From contig JALVPN010000126.1 of NCBI GenBank assembly GCA_027031765.1, positions 1 through 12,595 of the forward strand: a DNA stretch of 12,595 nt, read 5' to 3'. This stretch comes from Promethearchaeota archaeon (GTDB taxonomy: Archaea; Asgardarchaeota; Thorarchaeia; Thorarchaeales; Thorarchaeaceae). Made by a program: the position numbers and the translations under genes. This document shows, piece after piece, positions 6,704 through 12,595 of the stretch (its first letter is position 1; every line of letters begins with the position of its first letter). Below the pieces are notes generated by a model. That model made no database searches and was not told the origin of the DNA. It was given only the letters and a program-made list of their open reading frames with translations.

Positions 6704-8117
6704 TGTTCTGTCGGATGACGTTCTTCGGACACGCATGTAGCGCCACACAGTCGTCATCAGGGGCTGCAGGTAGCCAGATGTCGACCCGTGTCCCCTCTAT
6801 ATGGTCGTCGGACGTACGGTTCTTGATGTCGATGCGGCCATGGTACTTCCTGACCAGTTTCATGACCAGCTGGAGTCCGACGCCGCCATAGCGGCGGTCA
6901 GGGCTGACAAGCGCACTCTTCACATACTCTGGTATACCGCTACCATTGTCCTCGATGGTGACGGTATACCCCCCGGCCTGTTCTCTCAGGGTGACCCACA
7001 CCCGCTTCGAGCCACTCGTGTTGTGGGTGAGAGCATTCTCAAGGACATTGTACAGCATGTATCGGAGGTGCTTGTCGGCGACCACTTCCGCCCTCCCAAC
7101 TCTGATGTCCATGTCTGTGATGACGTCTTGAGAGACCTCACTCACCATCTTCACGGCCTCCCTGATGCACTCCACGAGGTTCTGCCTGTACATTGGTGCG
7201 GTCATGAGGTCCCTTGTGGCCTGTGTCTTTGTTATTATTGACTCTGCACCCTCGACGGCCATCTCTATCATGCCCAGTGCGTAGGCCTCCTCTATCTTGT
7301 TGTCCGCATGTCTTATCAACTCGGTTGCAGAGACAACAGTCTGTAGCTTGTTGCGCAGGTCATGCCCGAGGATGTCGAGATAGAGGTACGCTATGTCGAG
7401 GAGCCCCTTCAACTCCTCTAGTTCCTGTATGCTCACCACCGGCTGGAGGAGGACGACTGCAAGTGCAGGCCGGCCACCGTACCTGACCCGCCGGACGTGC
7501 GCAGCCACCTGCACGTAGGACTCCGGCCCAGTCGCAATGCGCACCGCAGTGAACGCGGACTGCCCAAGCTTTGCTCCCGACCCGGACAGCTGCTGCTCAA
7601 GACGCTCGACATCCGCCGGGTGCAATAGGGGTGTTTCTGCGGCTCCAGCGTAGGCCTCCAGTGGGTTCAACTCCCTGATGAAACTGACGAGCGCCACATC
7701 CTCGAAGACGGATTTGCCGTCCTGTATGACCGACACCCCTAGGCACGTGCGTGACCTGTCGCCGCCACCCGGCCTGCTGCCGCAGAGTGCAAGCATCACG
7801 GGGTCAACAGTCAGCAGTAGCGATGGTCTGCCCTTGGAAACAACCGTGGTAAGCTGCATGCAGATACACAGCTCACCTGTCGTTACAAACAGACTGTCAG
7901 AAGCGTCGCTCTGCCCAAGGAGTCTCGTGATGCATGCCTGCAGGTCGGGCAGGTGGGTGCTGTCGAGCCCGAGTTCACCGAGTCCCCAGCCAGAGGTACG
8001 GTTGCCATCGAGACCGAACAGTTTGACGAACGCTGCATTGGCAGTGACAATGGTATCCTCTTCAAGAATGGCGGCTGGCTCCCATAGTGCATGTACGGCC
8101 TCACTGCTGAACTCCAT
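6699..8117 (-). CDS. Cytoplasmic sensor histidine kinase HK1 (two degenerate PAS domains + HisKA + HATPase_c)
   Basis: H-box LDILGHDLRNKLQ (His at 7362-7364), N-box NVLENALTHN, G1 IEDNGSGIP, G2 GGVGLQLV, end GTRVDIWLP. PAS-like DTIVTANAAFVKLFG and GVSVIQDGKSVF...LHPADVERL. No TM segment. ATG 8117 is chosen for the GAGGTG 9 nt upstream (472 aa); ATG 8144 and TTG 8177 are alternatives. Confidence 0.92.
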   Translation of the reverse strand: MEFSSEAVHALWEPAAILEEDTIVTANAAFVKLFGLDGNRTSGWGLGELGLDSTHLPDLQACITRLLGQSDASDSLFVTTGELCICMQLTTVVSKGRPSLLLTVDPVMLALCGSRPGGGDRSRTCLGVSVIQDGKSVFEDVALVSFIRELNPLEAYAGAAETPLLHPADVERLEQQLSGSGAKLGQSAFTAVRIATGPESYVQVAAHVRRVRYGGRPALAVVLLQPVVSIQELEELKGLLDIAYLYLDILGHDLRNKLQTVVSATELIRHADNKIEEAYALGMIEMAVEGAESIITKTQATRDLMTAPMYRQNLVECIREAVKMVSEVSQDVITDMDIRVGRAEVVADKHLRYMLYNVLENALTHNTSGSKRVWVTLREQAGGYTVTIEDNGSGIPEYVKSALVSPDRRYGGVGLQLVMKLVRKYHGRIDIKNRTSDDHIEGTRVDIWLPAAPDDDCVALHACPKNVIRQNS

Positions 8118-8427
8118 TAATGGAACCACCTCAGCCTGCTGCATATGATACTGTGTGCGTGGCTCACACCACTGCAATCACTGCTATCGCTGCCTGTGCA
8201 CTCCCAACAGCCTGTTCGTACGTGTGGGCAGAGGACGGGAAATGCATCCGGGGATGACGTGCCGAGTTTCGGCCCAGACAGTTGCGGCGTACAGCACTGT
8301 CCTTGTCCTGTACTCATGCCCTGCGGCATTATGAGAACCCAACATAGGCTATTATGTGTTTCTGAGGCGAGGTCTGTTGTGACCCCCATGATGATGCACG
8401 GAGTCGAAGCGTGGTGCCTGCTCAATG

Positions 8428-8442
8428 CAGTGACCGTCACTG
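8428..8442. repeat. Perfect 7-1-7 palindrome CAGTGAC-C-GTCACTG; candidate dimeric regulator site
   Basis: Read directly from the sequence; lies in the divergent intergenic region between HK1 and HK2. Function is inferred. Confidence 0.5.
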
Positions 8443-8527
8443 ACAGCGGCGTCCAAGGATGTCCGGCACAGTCATTGCACTGTCAGTATGTGCAGTCCTC
8501 AGTCTGGAGGCACACCTGCTGACACTG

Positions 8528-8565
8528 CGTCCACTCCGGCCTGACAGTACGTCCACTCTGGTCTG
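8528..8565 (+). repeat. 16-bp direct repeat (14/16 identical) with 22-bp period
   Basis: CGTCCACTCCGGCCTG at 8528-8543 and CGTCCACTCTGGTCTG at 8550-8565. Confidence 0.7.
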
Positions 8566-8575
8566 CTTGAGGGCG

Positions 8576-9103
8576 TCAATGCAGTAGGAGTCCCCCATGG
8601 TACAGCACGCACTGATCACCATGCCTCTGAGTGTCCTGCAGTGGCTGCACCAGTTGTTGGGGGCTCCGGTCTCTCGGTCGCGTATGCTGAAGTACGTTGA
8701 AACAGTGCTTCATTGGAGAACGAAAAAGTGTGGCGACAGTCACCCGCCTGCTGCCAGTGACCCGTGACCCGGTGCACACGCTGCTGCTCATCACATGACA
8801 CCGTGGTGTGAAGGCCGCGCCCAGTGGCCGCATGTGTCCCGAACGTGTAGCAATCACAGGGCGAGAACCGTGTGAGTCCCACCGCTGTCCCACTGCCTCC
8901 ACCACCGCCACCCCCCGCCAGAAGGCCGGCAGTTGCACGAGGTTGACGTTGAAGAAGCCACCAGTCCCAATCCAGTAGTATGCAGCACTGCTGGACATGT
9001 GCCCGTCGAACACATGTGCGAGCTCCACTGCCGACGAGGACGACCACGTGACGGTCGCGAGCTCCTTCCAAGTAGAACTTGCTTGGTGGCACAGCATGTG
9101 CAT
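8576..9103 (-). pseudogene. Possible decayed gene remnant or orphan ORF; protein-like core at about 8900-9075
   Basis: Core WKELATVTWSSSSAVELAHVFDGHMSSSAAYYWIGTGGFFNVNLVQLPAFW uses host-like codons (TAC TAC, TTC TTC AAC GTC AAC CTC), but the rest of the ORF looks random. An overlapping frame (KFYLEGARDRHVVVLVGSG) is also codon-like, which suggests frameshifts. No family recognised. Confidence 0.3.
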
Positions 9104-9576
9104 CTCTGGTGGTGCGGTTGGCTACCGTCCTGCGATGTCCCAACAAGGGTACCGTGCTTTGCCAGTGCAGGGGCCGCTCAACGACTCTTCCTCACGTCGG
9201 GAGGTGTCACGGCTCCAGATGTGGTCCTGCCGTGTCGACTAGCCTGCTGCAACCCGGTCTACTCCTCTGACCGGCCCCGTTGAAGCCCACTCATCCGCGT
9301 ACAGCCGTGAGGGTCGCAGTATAGGCCCACTGAACCGCACCGCAGTGACCGGTAGCAGGCCTCTCTCCAGTAGCGTCCTGCTGCTCATCCCGAGCGTCGC
9401 AGGGATATCCGGCGGTGGGACATGCGGTCACAGTCCGGTCACACTAGGGGTCACTCCCTGTCCTCCTGCCGTCATGACAGTGTGGTTGTCTGGCGCTACT
9501 AGGTGTGCCAGCTGCGTGGTCTGCACCCAGCCTGTTGTCACGAGGAGATGGCCGTGCCGTACTGCGTAGGACTCGA

Positions 9577-9602
9577 CTGTCCTGTGCTGTCCTGTGCTGT
9601 CC
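9577..9602 (+). repeat. Tandem 10-mer CTGTCCTGTG x2.6
   Basis: CTGTCCTGTG CTGTCCTGTG CTGTCC, about 110-135 nt upstream of HK2 ATG 9712. Confidence 0.85.
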
Positions 9603-9711
9603 AACAGCGCGGTCGCCACAGGATGCGTTTTGCTGCCGACTTGCTGATGCCGTGCCACAACGCCCATATAGTGGTGCCACGATTTCGTGTAGACCGTCCT
9701 ACCCGCATTCG

Positions 9712-10791
9712 ATGACTGGTGATGGCACATTGAGCCCGCCTGGGAGTAGCGACCTGCCCGAGAGCATCAGGAGCACAATGCACCTGATGATCTACCTGAA
9801 CAACGTGATCCGACTGTTCTCACGCATAGACAAGCCACTCCATGAGGTCCTGATGACGTTCGTACACATGGTACCCGAGGGCTGGCAGTACCCCGAGGTG
9901 ACCCGTGTGCGCCTCACCCTCGACATCGGGGTGTATCAGACTGCGAACTTTGAGGCCGGTCCGTGGACTCTCTCGCATCCCATCTACGTGGCTGACGAGG
10001 AGGTCGGCAAGATTGAGGTCTCCTATATTGAGGAGCGGCCCGAGGCTGACCATGGCCCCTTCCTGCACGGAGAGGTGATCCTCATCAAGACCCTGGCCAC
10101 TGAGCTCGGACACTTCCTTGAGAGGTGGGAGCTCCTGAGTCAGCGAGAGCAGCACCGGAGAGACCTCGAACTGTACACGAGCATCCTGCGACATGACCTT
10201 GCCAACGACCTGTCAGTGCTCATGACCAATACCGAGCTGATCGGGATGCTCGTACCGGAAGAGTTCACGGATGTCCACGAACGGGTCAGGTCAACACTTG
10301 CGGTCTGCGAGCGCGTGGCCGACCTCCTGAACCTGCTCAGTACTGCTCCGGCGGAGCCCGAAACCCTCCTCATGGGTGTCATTGAACGGGCCGTAGAACG
10401 TGCCCGGGCCGCATGGCCGGAGCTGAATATCCATGTCAAGGTCACACCCGGTGCCAAGTCCGCCCGCGTGCTGCCGTCCAGGCTACTCGGTACCGTTATT
10501 GACAACCTCCTGCGGAACGTGACACAGCACGTGGGTGAGTCAGCAGAGGTCACAATCTCTGTGGATGTGGAGGACGGCAAGATTGTGGCCCTCGTGTCTG
10601 ACAACGGGCCTGGCATTGACCCGGCCGTGAAGCCACACTTGTTCGAACGGGGCACTTCAACACAGGGAGGAGGCCTTGGACTATACCTGTGCAGACAGAT
10701 TGTCAGGGCTGTGGGCGGTGAGATTGTCCTTGTCGAGTCTGGCGGACATAGCGGTGCCACCTTCAGGATTGAGCTCCCTATCACGACATGA
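9712..10791 (+). CDS. Cytoplasmic sensor histidine kinase HK2 (GAF-like input + HisKA + HATPase_c)
   Basis: Input domain with VPEGWQYPEVTRVRL...G.IEVSY.EERP..DHGPFL..E..LI..LA..LG. H-box SILRHDLAND (His at 10192-10194), N-box DNLLRNVTQH, G1 SDNGPGI, F-box LFERG, G2 GGGLGLYLC, end GATFRIELP. Start ATG 9712 (359 aa) or 9778. The GTG 9505 extension looks non-coding. Confidence 0.92.
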   Translation: MTGDGTLSPPGSSDLPESIRSTMHLMIYLNNVIRLFSRIDKPLHEVLMTFVHMVPEGWQYPEVTRVRLTLDIGVYQTANFEAGPWTLSHPIYVADEEVGKIEVSYIEERPEADHGPFLHGEVILIKTLATELGHFLERWELLSQREQHRRDLELYTSILRHDLANDLSVLMTNTELIGMLVPEEFTDVHERVRSTLAVCERVADLLNLLSTAPAEPETLLMGVIERAVERARAAWPELNIHVKVTPGAKSARVLPSRLLGTVIDNLLRNVTQHVGESAEVTISVDVEDGKIVALVSDNGPGIDPAVKPHLFERGTSTQGGGLGLYLCRQIVRAVGGEIVLVESGGHSGATFRIELPITT

Positions 10792-11093
10792 CATGGTGGT
10801 AGTCCCTGCCGATACTGTCCGCGTGGCGGTGGCACTTCGGACACGACAGGACAGTCACCTGCCTGCCGGGTCACAGTGAACGGTGGACATTGCAACAGTC
10901 CACAGTACTGTCGTGCAGCGGCTAGGGCTGGTGCTGTCTTGGGCCTGTCGATTGCCCGTGTGGACCTACTTGTCACGCCTCCTCCCCCTGCCCGAACGAC
11001 GTGTCGGACTGACCACGTAGCGTAGGTGTCCTGTATCCGCCGGGCAGGTCCAGAGGCTGTGTGGTCAGCACCATACCCACTTGTAAGCGCCTA

Positions 11094-11108
11094 CGAAAAG
11101 GATAATTA
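11094..11108 (+). promoter_or_regulatory. Archaeal BRE + TATA-like box for HK3
   Basis: CGAAAAG followed by GATAATTA in GC-rich surroundings, about 100 nt upstream of ATG 11209. Confidence 0.55.
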
Positions 11109-11208
11109 CACAGCTGTATCCGGGACATGCTGTGTCTGACAACACAGTACACATGCAGCTCAATCCTCCTTACTGGAGTCCTGCTGCACAGTGGTCGGGA
11201 GTACCCAT

Positions 11209-12595
11209 ATGCAGGATGATTCCGACCTGCACACAGGTGGGCGTTCTCTGATGATAGATGGTACCTGTCATTTCCTCAATGCGGCTGACAGCCTTGTCCT
11301 CGCCTTGGACCGAAAGGGAAAGGTCACCTTTGCAAACAAGCGTCTCTGCGAACTGCTGTCGATTGACCCTGACAGCCTGCTAGGTGCTGACTGGTTCAGC
11401 GGTTTTGTAGCGCCGGACACGCGTGACCCACTGAGGAGTGTCTATACATCAATGATACGCCGCAAGGACACGGGCCTCCGTTTCTGTCAGTGTGGTGTGG
11501 TGACGGGAGGCGGCCAGATGACCAACATAGTGTGGCACCTGGTGAGACTGCGCAGGTCGTCGGGCAGTGTCGCAGGATGTCTGATGCTCGGCACGGAGAT
11601 GACGGCCCACCGGCAAGAGGCCACGATGTTCACATACGGCATTGACTTCTTCACCCACCTAGCGTCGGTCATTCCGGCTGGCATCCTCGTTGCCGACCTT
11701 GAGGGGCGCGTCCTGTTCGCCAATCAGATGATGGCAGACATCTTGGGTGTGGAAGTGACGAAGCTGCTCGGGCGCAGCTTCCTCGACTTCGTGGGCCCTG
11801 AAGAACGGGGGCTTGTGTGCAGCGAAACTGCACGGCCCATGCATGGGGGGACAACGACGTATGATATTCCACTCGTCACACCCTCGGGTCAGAGGCGCAC
11901 TGTACGACTGAGTGTCGGCCCTCTGTTCGAAGGGGAGTCCCCGGTCGCCACCGTCGCAACAGCCCTCGATGTGACCGAACAGAAAGAGGCAGAGGCACGA
12001 CTGGAACGCGAACGGGAGCTCTTCGCTGCCGTCCTTGAGTCGAGCCTCGACGCGGTCATCGCCACCGACCATGAGGGCCTCATTGTCCTGTGGAACCGTG
12101 CTGCAGAAGAGATGTTCGGCTACTCGCGTTCGGAGGTGCTGGGCCGTCCACTCATAGACGTCGTGATCCCACAATACGCCCGCGCGGCCTTTGTGAAAGA
12201 CATGCGGGTCCTCACGGAACGTGGCGCAGGGCCGTCGGCTTGGGCCCGCCGTGTTGGCCGGGCACAGAGGAAGGACGGCCGTGGTTTCATAGTGGAGGTC
12301 TCAGTCGCCCCATACAGGACTGGTGGGCGGTGGGGTGCAGCCTGCTCCGTGCGTGATGTAACGCAGCGTCGTAGGATGGAGATGCTTGAGCGTCAGCGTG
12401 TGGAAGAGCTTGAGATATACTCGTCAATCCTGAGGCACGACATGAAGAACGACATTGGTGTTGTGCTCGCGAACGCGGAGCTGCTTGAGATGCTCGTCGA
12501 GTCGGACGACCCTGACGTGAGGGCTGCAATCTCTTCGATAGTCGCAGTGTGTGAACGGATGACGCGTCTCCTCACGACGTTCACCCGTCCTGCCG
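11209..12595 (+). CDS. Multi-PAS sensor histidine kinase HK3 (3 PAS + HisKA), truncated by the window edge; not in the ORF track
   Basis: I translated 462 stop-free codons from ATG 11209 (alternative ATG 11251). PAS1 LVLALDRKGKVTFANKRLCELL...LGADWF; PAS2 GILVADLEGRVLFANQMMADILG...LGRSFLDFV...DVTEQKEAE; PAS3 DAVIATDHEGLIVLWNRAAEEMFGYSRSEVLG...RKDG...RDVTQRR; H-box SSILRHDMKND (His at 12436-12438). Confidence 0.95.
   Translation, partial: MQDDSDLHTGGRSLMIDGTCHFLNAADSLVLALDRKGKVTFANKRLCELLSIDPDSLLGADWFSGFVAPDTRDPLRSVYTSMIRRKDTGLRFCQCGVVTGGGQMTNIVWHLVRLRRSSGSVAGCLMLGTEMTAHRQEATMFTYGIDFFTHLASVIPAGILVADLEGRVLFANQMMADILGVEVTKLLGRSFLDFVGPEERGLVCSETARPMHGGTTTYDIPLVTPSGQRRTVRLSVGPLFEGESPVATVATALDVTEQKEAEARLERERELFAAVLESSLDAVIATDHEGLIVLWNRAAEEMFGYSRSEVLGRPLIDVVIPQYARAAFVKDMRVLTERGAGPSAWARRVGRAQRKDGRGFIVEVSVAPYRTGGRWGAACSVRDVTQRRRMEMLERQRVEELEIYSSILRHDMKNDIGVVLANAELLEMLVESDDPDVRAAISSIVAVCERMTRLLTTFTRPA

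Noticed and set aside
6812-6822. ACGTACGGTTC resembling the 3' arm of group II intron domain V
   Set aside because: No matching 5' arm (GAGCCG...), no RT gene, and it is coding sequence of HK1 on the other strand.
3033-7241. Long antisense or alternate-frame ORFs (3033-3662, 3754-4197, 4842-5357, 5219-5962, 6011-6757, 6801-7241)
   Set aside because: Shadow ORFs of well-supported genes, expected with GC3-rich codon usage.
8872-8922. G-rich tract on the minus strand as a G-quadruplex or poly-Gly linker
   Set aside because: G-runs are irregular with long loops, and the Gly-rich frame has no other support.
8997-9569. Two same-frame ORFs separated by one TAG (9240-9242): pyrrolysine or stop read-through
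   Set aside because: Neither half looks protein-like; Ser/Pro/Arg-rich composition typical of non-coding GC-rich frames.
9505-9711. 69-codon N-terminal extension of HK2 from GTG 9505
   Set aside because: It crosses the tandem 10-mer repeat and a TATA-like element and has random composition.
8118-9711. CRISPR array, tRNA, SRP RNA, RNase P RNA, SECIS or IS element in the long gap
   Set aside because: No regularly spaced repeats, no T-loop/cloverleaf, no SRP or RNase P signature I could recognise, and no terminal inverted repeats or transposase. An Rfam scan would be needed to exclude these fully.
11127-11219. 30-aa uORF (MLCLTTQY...) overlapping the HK3 start
   Set aside because: The ATG probably lies at or before the expected TSS given the TATA at 11101; no other support.

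Overview
GC-rich archaeal DNA, most likely an Asgard archaeon of the Thorarchaeia type. This lineage call is an inference from a Thermococcales-like AsnRS, a glycoprotein with 92-aa Ig-like repeats, BRE/TATA-like promoters and soluble HDxxN(D/K) histidine kinases. Left to right: (1) two tandem, highly diverged but collinear ~428-aa proteins, each with about 7 predicted TM helices, N-in topology and a shared C-terminal P-x10-K...W-P signature. Their layout matches the inverted 7-TM ion channel (7TMIC; insect Or/Gr-like) superfamily, and they are the most interesting item here. (2) A 636-aa secreted, C-terminally anchored glycoprotein with a 3+3 repeat architecture. (3) asnS. (4) Three cytoplasmic sensor histidine kinases (PAS-PAS-HK on the minus strand; GAF-like-HK; PAS-PAS-PAS-HK running off the right edge and absent from the ORF track), with no response regulator in view. 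The kinases are separated by long non-coding gaps (~1.6 kb and ~0.4 kb) holding a probable decayed ORF, several short repeats and a recurring TGTCCTGT motif. I found no rRNA, tRNA, CRISPR array, transposase or integrase. All family assignments come from reading motifs by eye, not from database searches.
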